Below the pieces are notes generated by a model. That model had not been told where the DNA came from and searched no databases. It saw only the letters and a program-made list of their open reading frames with translations. A stretch of 43,430 bases of DNA from Minisyncoccia bacterium (GTDB lineage Bacteria > Patescibacteriota > Minisyncoccia > Phycocordibacterales > JAACPR01): the NCBI GenBank assembly GCA_041740795.1, contig JBGSLH010000014.1:1-43430 (forward strand), given 5' to 3'. Position numbers and translations under genes: made by a program. Shown here in pieces: positions 1 to 9,038 of this stretch. Position 1 is the stretch's first letter. Each line of letters begins with the position of its first letter.

Positions 1-21
1 GGCGCGACCTTTGGTCGCGCC
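1..21 (-). terminator. GC-rich hairpin downstream of rpmJ (window edge)
   Basis: GGCGCGACC-TTT-GGTCGCGCC, perfect 9-bp stem; any minus-strand U-tract would lie outside the window. Confidence 0.55.
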
Positions 22-36
22 TCTTTCTGCCACATG

Positions 37-153
37 TTATCCTTGTCGCGCTTTGCGTCGAGGATCCTTTTTATTAATTCGATAGAGCTTGCCTCGTCGT
101 CTAACGAGTTGGTCTCCAGCTTTCTCCTTTTTGATTGATGATTTTACTTTCAT
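37..153 (-). CDS. rpmJ: 50S ribosomal protein L36, zinc-free type (not in ORF track)
   Basis: Manual translation [38 protein letters not shown] (38 aa): L36 pattern MKV.SS...VRRRG...I....PR.K.RQG, with no Cys or His. Confidence 0.95.
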   Translation of the reverse strand: MKVKSSIKKEKAGDQLVRRRGKLYRINKKDPRRKARQG

Positions 154-441
154 GATGAGTGTATTTGTAACATATTTCCAATTGTAACACAAGGAACGAT
201 TGCTTCTTGGTCAAAATTAGAGCAATGGTATAAAGTTCTTGTCGCCAAGTTCAAAAACCCTGATTTTGAGGGCTTAAAAAGCCCTTGCATAAAAAAAATC
301 TTTACACGGGCTTCTTTTTGTTTTTTTCTTTATTTTTTCTTTAAAAAAGTTGAAAAAGTCATCATTAATTAGCGAGAGTAGGGTATAATTTCAGCAATGA
401 CTAATTGCTGGTCGTTTTATTAGAAGTAATTGCCTTTTGCT

Positions 442-3009
442 ATGAATATTTTTGTCACAAAACGAGACGGAACAAAGGTTCCTTTCGATGCAAACCGAAT
501 CAACCGATCTCTCGAACGTGCATCAAAGGGTTTTGAGAATCAGATCCAGATGGTTACTCAGATTGCGACCGAGACTCAGGTCACTATCTACGACGGAATC
601 AGTGAGCGAGAGATGGACGAGGCAACAATCAACACAGCACTTCAGAACGTATCAGAAGATCCTAACTATGACACAGTAGCAACGAGATTGCTTCTTAAGG
701 TTACCTATGCAAAAGTGCTTGGTGATTATGATAAGGATGATGAAGAAGCACCTCAAAAACTTCACAACGCTCGTTTTGCAGATCACATCAATACATATGT
801 AGAAAAGGGCCTCTTCGACAAACGCATGCAGGAAAAGTTCGATCTTCAAGAACTTGCGCAGGTGCTCGATGTGACTCGTGACGATCTTTTCGCATACACT
901 GGACTCTCCGGACTTCTTCATCGGTACGCGCTCAAGGATCTCAATCAAGAACCAGCAGAAACTCCTCAATATTTTTTTATGCGCGTAGCGATGGGAATGT
1001 CGTATAACGAAGTTGATCCGACAGCAATGGCAAAACGCTTCTACAATAAGATGTCCAAATTAGAATACCTTGCAGGAGGTTCTGCAAACATGAACGCAGG
1101 AGTTCCAAAGCCAGCACTCTCAAATTGTTTCCTTATGGAAATGCACGATGATATGACACATATCGCAAAGACAGTGGGGGACGTGATGCTTCTCTCCAAA
1201 TCTTCGGGAGGAATCGGACTCTCTCTTACAAAGCTTCGGGCCAGCGGTTCTCCTCTTACATCATCGAACACTGTTTCATCAGGACCTACTCCTTTTGCAA
1301 AGATTATCGACGTTGCGATCCGTGCAATTCAGCGAGGAGGAAAGAAAAAGGGTGCACTTTGTTTTTATATGGAAAACTGGCACATCGATTTCCCAGACTT
1401 CATGGAATGGCGACAAAACTCAGGAGACGACCATCTTCGAATGCGAACTGCAGATACTGCGGTGTTCATTTCTGACGAATTCATGAAACGAGTGAAGATC
1501 AATGCTGACTGGATCATGTTTGATCCAAAAGAGACCGCCGACCTCAATGAGCTGTATGGAAATGCATTTTCAAAGCGGTATCAGGAATACTGTGACAAGG
1601 CTGAGAAGGGAGAGATGCGAATGTACAAAAAGGTAAAAGCACGAGAACAGTACCGACAGATCCTTGCTCAACTCCAAGGAACGTCACACCCTTGGCTTGT
1701 ATGGAAGGATACGATTAACAACAGGGCTCTTAATAACAACACGGGCACAATTCACATGTCTAACCTCTGTACAGAAATTTGTCTTCCTCAGGACAAGGAC
1801 AATGTTGCCGTATGTAATCTTGCATCACTTAACCTAGCAAAGCACATCGACGAGAATAAGAAGGAAGTAGAATGGCAAAAATTGGAAGATACTGTGCGGA
1901 CAATGGTTCGACATCTCGACAACCTTGTTGATATCAACGTACTTCCTATCCCGGAAGCGACTAAGTCAGACACAGAGAACCGAGCAGTAGGACTCGGAGT
2001 TATGGGATTTGCAGATGCGGTAGAAAAAATGGGATGGTCTTACGATTCTGACGATACGTATGATTTTACTGATAAGATTTTTGAATTCATCAGCTACATG
2101 GCAATCGACGAATCAGCAATCATTGCACAAGAAAAAGGTCCATACATGCATTTCCAGGGTTCAGGTTGGTCAAAGGGCATGGTTCCATATGACTCAATCG
2201 CAATTCTTGAAAAGGAACGAGGTTTTGAACTCAGTGTGGACAAGGAAAGCAAGCACAAGGGACTTGATTGGAGTATCCTCCGAGAGAAAGTAAAGAAGGG
2301 AATGCGAAACGCGACACTTATGGCTGTTGCTCCGAATGCTAACATCGGACTCGTAGCAAACACGACTCCCGGTATCGATGCCAGGTTCGCGCAGGTATTT
2401 TCTCGAAACAAGATTTCTGGAAAATATCTCGATCTTAATACCAACCTGGTAAACGAACTCAAGAAGAGGAACTTGTGGGAAAAGGTAAAGGGAAAAATAA
2501 TCGAACAGCAGGGAGACATTGCTGCAATCGAAGAGATCCCAGCTGACATAAAAACAATCTACAAGACATCATTCACTACAGATCCTCTTGCATACGTTGA
2601 AGTTGCTGCCCGAGCTCAAAAATGGGTAGATCAGTCTCTTTCTCGAAACATGTATCTTGCAACTCGAGATAACGATGACATTATGAATATTTACACAACA
2701 GCGTGGGAAAAAGGAGTAAAGAGTACATACTATCTCCACATGAAACCGCGACACACCGCAGAGCAGAGTACGACTTCGGTAAACAAGTCGACCGCAATCG
2801 GAAAGGTCGGATTCGGTGCATTCAAGTCACGATTTGCAGAAGTAAGACAGAAGGAAGAGTTGGCAACAATGCCAAGTGTAGAAAGTCCCCTCAAAGTTGC
2901 AGAACCCAGTTCAGTTGCCACCCAGACTCCTGTGACAAATGTTGCCAAAAAACCATTCGTATGTCCCGTAGATCCTGCGGAGCGCGCACAGTGTGACAGT
3001 TGTCAATAA
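442..3009 (+). CDS. nrdA: Ribonucleoside-diphosphate reductase alpha subunit with N-terminal ATP cone
   Basis: VTKRDG ATP cone, SNCF, SNLCTEI catalytic loop, APNA, STYY tyrosine pair, C-terminal CDSCQ; ATG at 442 preferred over TTG at 430. Confidence 0.96.
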   Translation: MNIFVTKRDGTKVPFDANRINRSLERASKGFENQIQMVTQIATETQVTIYDGISEREMDEATINTALQNVSEDPNYDTVATRLLLKVTYAKVLGDYDKDDEEAPQKLHNARFADHINTYVEKGLFDKRMQEKFDLQELAQVLDVTRDDLFAYTGLSGLLHRYALKDLNQEPAETPQYFFMRVAMGMSYNEVDPTAMAKRFYNKMSKLEYLAGGSANMNAGVPKPALSNCFLMEMHDDMTHIAKTVGDVMLLSKSSGGIGLSLTKLRASGSPLTSSNTVSSGPTPFAKIIDVAIRAIQRGGKKKGALCFYMENWHIDFPDFMEWRQNSGDDHLRMRTADTAVFISDEFMKRVKINADWIMFDPKETADLNELYGNAFSKRYQEYCDKAEKGEMRMYKKVKAREQYRQILAQLQGTSHPWLVWKDTINNRALNNNTGTIHMSNLCTEICLPQDKDNVAVCNLASLNLAKHIDENKKEVEWQKLEDTVRTMVRHLDNLVDINVLPIPEATKSDTENRAVGLGVMGFADAVEKMGWSYDSDDTYDFTDKIFEFISYMAIDESAIIAQEKGPYMHFQGSGWSKGMVPYDSIAILEKERGFELSVDKESKHKGLDWSILREKVKKGMRNATLMAVAPNANIGLVANTTPGIDARFAQVFSRNKISGKYLDLNTNLVNELKKRNLWEKVKGKIIEQQGDIAAIEEIPADIKTIYKTSFTTDPLAYVEVAARAQKWVDQSLSRNMYLATRDNDDIMNIYTTAWEKGVKSTYYLHMKPRHTAEQSTTSVNKSTAIGKVGFGAFKSRFAEVRQKEELATMPSVESPLKVAEPSSVATQTPVTNVAKKPFVCPVDPAERAQCDSCQ

Positions 3010-3037
3010 TATTATTATCTAATTCAATCTCATACAT

Positions 3038-4012
3038 ATGCTACTAGGAAAACTAACAGAAGAAGACTTCAATATTTACCCGAGCAAATATCCATGGGCA
3101 CGTGAGCTGTACGAACAAGCAGTAGCTAACACGTGGTTTCCACACGAGATCCCTCTCAAGGAAGACCGTGATGACTATGATTCAATGACTGAAGAAGAAC
3201 AACATGCACTTAAGTTCATCATGGCCTTTTTTAACCCTGGAGAACTCATGGTGAATCGTTCTATCGCACTTGGAATCTATCCGCATATTAAGTCTGCAGA
3301 ATGTCACCTGTTCCTTGCAAAGTGGATGTGGGAAGAAGCCAATCACTGTACGTCGTTTGAGTACGTGCTTGAAACATTCAACTTTGATCGGGAAGAAACA
3401 TACGGCATTCACCTTAATCAACCCTCAATGGTTGCAAAGGAAGAATTTGTAAATAATTATACCTCCAAAATGGTATCGGAAGATGTTGATGTGACGACTC
3501 CAGAAGGAAAGAAAGACTTTATCAAAAACCTCATTGCGACAAATATTGTGACCGAGGGAATCTGGTTTTATTCCGGATTCATGGTTATCCTTTCGTTCAG
3601 GCAACGTAACAAGATGCGAAACTTCGGATCAATGATCAACTGGGTACTTCGAGATGAATCACTTCATCTTAAGTTTGGAATGAATCTCATTCTCAATATT
3701 CTCGAAGAAAACGCAGAACTCGTAACCGAAGAATTCGCAAAAGAAATCAAGGACATCATCATCGAAGGTGTTCGACTCGAGAATCAATACAACAAGGACC
3801 TGTTCCCGAACGGGATTCTGGGTCTCAATGCTGAATACGTGAACCAATATGTGCAGTATGTTGCGGATAGGCGGCTTGAGGAACTCGGATTCGAACCTCA
3901 CTTCAACGTTTCGAATCCTGCAAAATGGATGTCCACCTCGACTGACGTGCTCGAGCTCGTGAACTTCTTCGAGCAACAGAATACGAACTATGAAGTGAAC
4001 AACAAGGCGTAA
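3038..4012 (+). CDS. nrdB: Ribonucleotide reductase beta subunit, class Ic (Mn/Fe)-like
   Basis: Ferritin-like ligands E69, EEANH, EGIWFYSGF, RDESLH; C-terminal NFFE...Y; Phe107 at the radical-Tyr position. Confidence 0.93.
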   Translation: MLLGKLTEEDFNIYPSKYPWARELYEQAVANTWFPHEIPLKEDRDDYDSMTEEEQHALKFIMAFFNPGELMVNRSIALGIYPHIKSAECHLFLAKWMWEEANHCTSFEYVLETFNFDREETYGIHLNQPSMVAKEEFVNNYTSKMVSEDVDVTTPEGKKDFIKNLIATNIVTEGIWFYSGFMVILSFRQRNKMRNFGSMINWVLRDESLHLKFGMNLILNILEENAELVTEEFAKEIKDIIIEGVRLENQYNKDLFPNGILGLNAEYVNQYVQYVADRRLEELGFEPHFNVSNPAKWMSTSTDVLELVNFFEQQNTNYEVNNKA

Positions 4013-4144
4013 TTTGAGTCAATGAAAGATTCTCGTGAGTAATGTGTCATATTCGGTACAGATAGGTCTCTGTAAATAAACAGTCCTTTTTGCAGGTATG
4101 CCTAGATGGTATACTTGAAACATTATAAATGTAATCAGATAAAT

Positions 4145-4930
4145 ATGGATTTTAATAATAAGTATGTGCAGTGGGGGGTGAAAGCGGGCGTAGCTACCAT
4201 TGGATTGTTAGCTGTGTTTTTGCTCTCAAAAACAATTACTGAAATTGTTTCTTGGTCACAAGACGAAACTTATCCGTCCAAGACCGTGACGGTGAGCGCT
4301 GAAGGTGAGGCTCTTGCAGTTGCGGATATTGCCTCATTTAGTTTTGGAGTAAGCGAGGAAGGGGTGACAAGTGAGGAGGCGCAGAAGAAGGCAACTGAAA
4401 AAATAAACAAGGCACTTGAGTATCTCAAGGAGAATGACGTGGAAGAAAAGGATATCAAAACTGAGAACTACTCAGTGAATCCCAAGTACAACAACGTTGC
4501 GCCATGTTACGCATTCGACTGTCCTCCGGCAGAATCGAAGATCGTGGGATACATCGTCTCCCAGGACATTCGCGTGAAGGTTCGAGATACTGACAACGCA
4601 GGCAAGTTCCTTAGTGAACTGACTACGTTCGGAATCAACAATGTGTCCGGACTTTCATTCACGATCGATGACAAGGATGCATTGTATGACCTTGCACGAA
4701 AGGATGCAGTAGAGAAGGCTCGGGCAAAGGCGAAGCTTCTTGCAAAGGATCTCGGAGTACAACTTGGGGATGTAATCTCATTCAATGAAGATAGTTCTAC
4801 TCCGTATGCGACAGAGGGTTATGGTGGAGATATGATGAACATGAAGGCGTCAATATCTCCCCAGGTTCAATTACCTCAGGGTGAAAATAAATACACCTCT
4901 CGAGTGTATGTTACGTACGAGTTGAAGTAA
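4145..4930 (+). CDS. SIMPL (DUF541) domain membrane-anchored protein
   Basis: N-terminal TM helix; TVSAEGE..AVAD.A, DIKT.NYSV.P.Y, A...A.AKA..LA..LGV.LG patterns; start may be 4106 or 4145. Confidence 0.85.
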   Translation: MDFNNKYVQWGVKAGVATIGLLAVFLLSKTITEIVSWSQDETYPSKTVTVSAEGEALAVADIASFSFGVSEEGVTSEEAQKKATEKINKALEYLKENDVEEKDIKTENYSVNPKYNNVAPCYAFDCPPAESKIVGYIVSQDIRVKVRDTDNAGKFLSELTTFGINNVSGLSFTIDDKDALYDLARKDAVEKARAKAKLLAKDLGVQLGDVISFNEDSSTPYATEGYGGDMMNMKASISPQVQLPQGENKYTSRVYVTYELK

Positions 4931-4938
4931 AAAAGATT

Positions 4939-4969
4939 AAAAAGGCCAGCACGAAGTGCTGGCCTTTTT
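4939..4969 (+). terminator. Intrinsic terminator (bidirectional shape)
   Basis: AAAAAGGCCAGCAC-GAA-GTGCTGGCCTTTTT. Confidence 0.85.
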
Positions 4970-5005
4970 CTTTACTCTTTATCCCTAAAAGATTACACTA
5001 GCACA

Positions 5006-5821
5006 ATGATTATCTCGGGAACACAAATCAGAGAAAAGCGCACGAACGCCCTCAAACGCAAGATTGCAAAGCTCGAACACAAGCCTGTTCTTGTAATTAT
5101 TCAGATTGGAGAAAATAAGGAATCTCAGGCCTATGTCAACCAGAAGATCAAGTTCGGCAAGCTGATTGGAGTAGCAGTCGAGTTCTATCAGCTCGAATCT
5201 ACGGTGACACTGGATTTTGTGCAAAAACTCATCTCTGACTTCAATCATGATGACGATATTCAGGGAATTATCGTACAGCTACCCTTGCCCAAGAATCTAC
5301 AGAAGTTCCAGTTCGAGATTATCGACAGTATCGTACCTTCAAAGGATGTTGACGGACTGACTTCTTCCAATCTCAAAAGGTTGATCAGCAATGAGTCGGG
5401 AATGCTGCCTGCAACAGCAAAAGGAATCCTGACAATGTTCAAGGAATCCAAGATAGAGATCGCCGGCAAGAATATTGTGATTGTCGGACGATCTGTCCTA
5501 GTTGGACGAAGTCTCTCGCAACTTCTTCTCAATCATGATGCGACCGTGACGATCTGTCATTCAAAGACAAAGGATCTCGCCTCCATTACAAAAAGAGCAG
5601 ACATCATAATTGTAGCCGTTGGTTCGCCCAAGCTCATAACGGCAAAGCATGTATCGGTAGGCCAGGTCGTTATTGATGTGGGAATTACTTCTACTGGTGA
5701 ACTGCTCGAGGGTGATGTTGATTTTGGTCCAGTATCCAAGAGAGTCGCATACATCACGCCGGTTCCTGGTGGAGTAGGGCCGATGACAGTGTTGAGCCTG
5801 TTTGAGAACCTTGTCGGATAG
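5006..5821 (+). CDS. folD: Methylenetetrahydrofolate dehydrogenase/cyclohydrolase
   Basis: YVNQK, GIIVQLPLP, KDVDG, GRS..VG, IDVG, ITPVPGGVGPMT. Confidence 0.96.
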   Translation: MIISGTQIREKRTNALKRKIAKLEHKPVLVIIQIGENKESQAYVNQKIKFGKLIGVAVEFYQLESTVTLDFVQKLISDFNHDDDIQGIIVQLPLPKNLQKFQFEIIDSIVPSKDVDGLTSSNLKRLISNESGMLPATAKGILTMFKESKIEIAGKNIVIVGRSVLVGRSLSQLLLNHDATVTICHSKTKDLASITKRADIIIVAVGSPKLITAKHVSVGQVVIDVGITSTGELLEGDVDFGPVSKRVAYITPVPGGVGPMTVLSLFENLVG

Positions 5822-5833
5822 GAAAAGGAAAGT

Positions 5834-5862
5834 TTGACTAACTTTCCCAGAAGTAGTATATT
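5834..5862 (+). promoter_or_regulatory. Sigma70-type promoter for secE-nusG
   Basis: TTGACT-N17-TATATT. Confidence 0.6.
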
Positions 5863-5908
5863 TGCTGTATAGAAACCCCTTCGGGGGTTTTAAAAATGAC
5901 CAAAATAT

Positions 5909-6088
5909 ATGAATATTTTTAATTTTTTGAGAGAAGTAAAAGGTGAGATGAAGCACGTGAGCTGGCCTACAAAGAAGCAGACAATCGCATACAGCCTTAT
6001 GGTAGTTGTGATATCGCTTTTTGTAGCCCTGTACGTTGGTGTTTTTGACCACCTCTTTTCTCTCGGAATCGAACAACTTACAAAGTAA
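5909..6088 (+). CDS. secE: Preprotein translocase subunit SecE (not in ORF track)
   Basis: Manual translation MNIFNFLREVKGEMKHVSWPTKKQTIAYSLMVVVISLFVALYVGVFDHLFSLGIEQLTK: E..KV.WP-like motif plus a TM helix, directly before nusG. Confidence 0.95.
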   Translation: MNIFNFLREVKGEMKHVSWPTKKQTIAYSLMVVVISLFVALYVGVFDHLFSLGIEQLTK

Positions 6089-6099
6089 TTTTTTTGAGT

Positions 6100-6648
6100 A
6101 TGTCAAAACAACAACAACCAAATCGAGATCGAAACTGGTACGCTATTCATACATATGCAGGATATGAAAACGCCGTTCTTCGAAACCTCAAACAGCGAAT
6201 CGAATCATACGGAATGGAAGACCATATCTTCAATGTAGTTGTTCCTATTGAAAAAAAGATAAGGATCAAAGGAAACAAGCGTGTAGAAGTAGAAGAAAAG
6301 GTCTATCCAGGATATGTTTTGGTGGATATGGTTGTGACGGATGACTCTTGGTATGTTGTGCGTAACACTCCTCGTGTTACTGGATTCGTAGGAGCGGGAG
6401 TATTCCCAGTTCCTCTTTCCAAAAAGGAAATCGACGAACTCTTCAGTCGAATGACGAATGATACTGCAAAACACGCAGTTGATCTTGAAATCTCAGATGC
6501 AATTGTTATTGTAGACGGGCCATTCAAGGATCTTGAAGGAAAGATTGAAGAAATCGACAATGAACGAGGAAAAGTAAAAGTATTGGTATCAATGTTTGGT
6601 CGAGAGACTCCGGTGGAACTGGATTTCCTGCAAATAAGGAAGATTTAG
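6100..6648 (+). CDS. nusG: Transcription termination/antitermination factor NusG
   Basis: WYAIHTYAGYE, YPGYVLV, VRNTPRVTGFVG, KOW motif DGPF, MFGRETPVEL. Confidence 0.97.
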   Translation: MSKQQQPNRDRNWYAIHTYAGYENAVLRNLKQRIESYGMEDHIFNVVVPIEKKIRIKGNKRVEVEEKVYPGYVLVDMVVTDDSWYVVRNTPRVTGFVGAGVFPVPLSKKEIDELFSRMTNDTAKHAVDLEISDAIVIVDGPFKDLEGKIEEIDNERGKVKVLVSMFGRETPVELDFLQIRKI

Positions 6649-6654
6649 AAGGAA

Positions 6655-6743
6655 TGTCATCCCGCACAAGTTTGCGAAAGACAAACGCGGATGCGGGATA
6701 TCATAATAAAACACCGAGATCCCGGAATAAATCCGGGATGACA
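6655..6743. repeat. REP-like inverted pair of GTCATCCCG palindromic units
   Basis: TGTCATCCCGCA...TGCGGGAT and GAGATCCCGGAATAAATCCGGGATGACA in inverted orientation. Confidence 0.7.
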
Positions 6744-6788
6744 TCCCTCCCTTGCTAAAACAATAAAATAAGATAATATAACCACACT

Positions 6789-7211
6789 ATGGCTAAAAAA
6801 ATAACAAAAGTAATCAAGCTTATCGCACCTGCAGGTAAGGCAACACCGGCTCCACCCCTTGGACCGGTGCTTGGACAGGCAGGAGTAAATATTGCTGAAT
6901 TCACACAACGATTCAACGCTGATACACAATCTCGAATGGGAGAGCTTGTGCCAGTTGTGCTGACAGTGTATGAAGATCGAACATTCTCAATGATTTACAA
7001 GGTTGCTCCGGCTTCTGACCTTATCAAGAAGGCGGCAGGAATCACTTCAGGTTCAGGAACAAACGTAACCAAAAAAGCTGGTTCAATCACAAAGGCTCAA
7101 CTAAAGGAGATCGCAGAACGAAAGATGCCGGATCTCAACGCGAATTCTATTGAAGGAGCGATGAATATCCTTGCTGGAACATGTCGATCAATGGGAGTCG
7201 AAGTTAAGTAA
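6789..7211 (+). CDS. rplK: 50S ribosomal protein L11
   Basis: [21 protein letters not shown]...FN, KMPDLNA, GT.RSMG. Confidence 0.98.
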   Translation: MAKKITKVIKLIAPAGKATPAPPLGPVLGQAGVNIAEFTQRFNADTQSRMGELVPVVLTVYEDRTFSMIYKVAPASDLIKKAAGITSGSGTNVTKKAGSITKAQLKEIAERKMPDLNANSIEGAMNILAGTCRSMGVEVK

Positions 7212-7229
7212 ACTATTTATATAAAAGAG

Positions 7230-7255
7230 AAAGGGCGCCCGAAGGGCGCCCTTTT
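7230..7255. terminator. Bidirectional terminator between convergent rplK and the DHFR-like gene
   Basis: AAAGGGCGCCC-GAA-GGGCGCCCTTTT. Confidence 0.85.
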
Positions 7256-7257
7256 GA

Positions 7258-7818
7258 TTAGGAAGGCCTGACTTTCCTCATCCAATGCTGGACCTGGATA
7301 GGGGAAACCTGTCTTTGTGGATCTGTTCCGAATCTGGCATGATTCATTAGCCAGATTTCCTCTTTTGAATCTATCCATGACACCTGACGAAAACGCTGGG
7401 TGTCTATTTTTGGAAAGCATAAGGAGGAAGCTGAAATGTTCATGCCTATCTGTAGGTAGCGAATCTCAGTCGCCTCCTGAACAATGCTTATCGGCAACTG
7501 ATCGTCTCCGATGACCCATATGTTCGGGGTTGAGTCTGTTGCAGATGCCAATGCCACAGAGAGATCTTTTGAAGCGAAGACCCTCGAATCTTTCCCAACC
7601 TCACCGTTATGCAGGACTGTTATCTTTGCGCATGCAGCGAGTAAGAATTCTTGGAAAAACACATCTTGAAAACTATCGCTTCCGATCAGGATCGATCGAC
7701 CGTGAATATGTTGTAAAAGAAAGTTTCTGAAAATGGCCCAATGTAACCATGGAATGATTCCTTTGGCATCAGACATTCCATAGGAACGTGTACCTGAACC
7801 GATAAGTGTTATGTTCAT
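7258..7818 (-). CDS. Divergent dihydrofolate reductase-like protein
   Basis: DHFR-fold echoes: N-terminal strand, G.IPW, ILIG..SF, IWVIG, FP.ID...F; acidic substrate residue and GG motif degenerate; TACTAT 6 nt before the ATG. Confidence 0.6.
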   Translation of the reverse strand: MNITLIGSGTRSYGMSDAKGIIPWLHWAIFRNFLLQHIHGRSILIGSDSFQDVFFQEFLLAACAKITVLHNGEVGKDSRVFASKDLSVALASATDSTPNIWVIGDDQLPISIVQEATEIRYLQIGMNISASSLCFPKIDTQRFRQVSWIDSKEEIWLMNHARFGTDPQRQVSPIQVQHWMRKVRPS

Positions 7819-7887
7819 GTCGTAATAGTAGTGTGCTGTTTAATTAATTCTAAACGCTTTTGCCGAGAATACAACTGGACGAAAAGG

Positions 7888-8535
7888 CTAATCAGTGTTG
7901 ACCTTGAAGTCTTGTTTGAGCTTCTGAATATCTCCTTCCTTTACAAGCTTTACTTCATCCTTGTATTTGTTCTGAACCATGAATCCATCGATAATATCCT
8001 TTTGATGGTATGTTCCTTTCTCCTTTTTGGAAGGTTCTGAAAGTTCTTCGAATGTAACCTGACAGAATCGCTCTCCTGGATAAATTGCAATAGATTGAGT
8101 TGTTGTGTTGTTTCGAATTGGAATAATAAGTTGTCCAGAATATCCTGTATCAATAATTCCTGTAAGGTCCACGGACAAGCCACGTCTGTTGGTAGATGAT
8201 CGGGGATAGAGGACCGACATGACATCATCAGGCCATGTGATTGTCTCGAGTGTGCAGGCGAGCACGTGTTCTCCCGGGAGAAGCTCAAACATCTGACCCT
8301 TTTCGAGTTCAATCACCTCGAAGTTGTTCTGGTCTTCCTTGGGATTCATATAATCGAAGGAAAGAGATTCTCGACCTCGGGGAGTCATGTGCCATTGTTT
8401 CGGTATTAAAAAAGTATATCCAAGTCGAAGGTCAATCGCGTGTGCCTGAAGTTGGAATTGATCGAGTGAAGGTTCGATGATGATGCTACCGTTTTTGATT
8501 CGTTCCAATATCTGTCGTTGTGTAAGTATTCCCAT
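7888..8535 (-). CDS. dcd: dCTP deaminase-family (trimeric dUTPase fold) protein lacking the catalytic Glu
   Basis: IDLRLG, L.PGE..LA.TLE, RSS..R.GL, IDTGYSG, YPGER.CQ; Pro139 where E. coli Dcd has Glu138. Confidence 0.85.
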   Translation of the reverse strand: MGILTQRQILERIKNGSIIIEPSLDQFQLQAHAIDLRLGYTFLIPKQWHMTPRGRESLSFDYMNPKEDQNNFEVIELEKGQMFELLPGEHVLACTLETITWPDDVMSVLYPRSSTNRRGLSVDLTGIIDTGYSGQLIIPIRNNTTTQSIAIYPGERFCQVTFEELSEPSKKEKGTYHQKDIIDGFMVQNKYKDEVKLVKEGDIQKLKQDFKVNTD

Positions 8536-8537
8536 GA

Positions 8538-9038
8538 TTATGAAGTTATTTTATATTCCAATAGTAGCGTATTTGCCCCTAGTTGGGTAGTTGAAAGAAG
8601 TTCCAGATTGGTTTCTGAAATGTTGCTCATGAGCGGTATTCCTACTCCAAAAAGTATCGGTTCAAGCGTAATATACAAAGTAGAAATACATCCTGCTTGA
8701 AAGAACATGGTGTAGATCGAACTTCCACCACAGATTGCCACTTCGTTCACTCCTTCTTCTTCAAGCTTTGTGAGTAAGTCTTGGGGTGAAAGACTTGTTG
8801 TTTCGATCCCTTCAATATCAATGGGTTTTGTCGAATAGACAATCGTCCTTCGTCCGGGAAGCGCTTTGCCAATTGTTTCGAATGTCGTTCGTCCCATTAC
8901 GACCACTCCAGCTTCGTTTGTTCTTTTTTTAAAAAATTCCTTGTCCGCTCCACTCGTCCAAGTCATCGAATTAGTATGTTCAAGGGGACTGATGAATCCA
9001 TCGAGTGACTGTGCTGCAATGATGAAAGCTTTGATCAT
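8538..9038 (-). CDS. folA: Dihydrofolate reductase
   Basis: SLDGFI, W...AD..FF...T, VVMGRTTFE.IG.ALPGR, ICGG..IY; overlaps the thyA stop. Confidence 0.88.
   Translation of the reverse strand: MIKAFIIAAQSLDGFISPLEHTNSMTWTSGADKEFFKKRTNEAGVVVMGRTTFETIGKALPGRRTIVYSTKPIDIEGIETTSLSPQDLLTKLEEEGVNEVAICGGSSIYTMFFQAGCISTLYITLEPILFGVGIPLMSNISETNLELLSTTQLGANTLLLEYKITS

Noticed and set aside
154-441. NrdR boxes or a riboswitch upstream of nrdA
   Set aside because: No convincing tandem NrdR palindromes or aptamer motifs; only a short hairpin, A/T tracts and TATAAT at 384
442-3009. Intein or intron in nrdA (also checked recA and thyA)
   Set aside because: Protein lengths are normal and conserved motifs are contiguous
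5561-6121. 186-aa minus-strand ORF
   Set aside because: Antisense shadow of folD, secE and nusG
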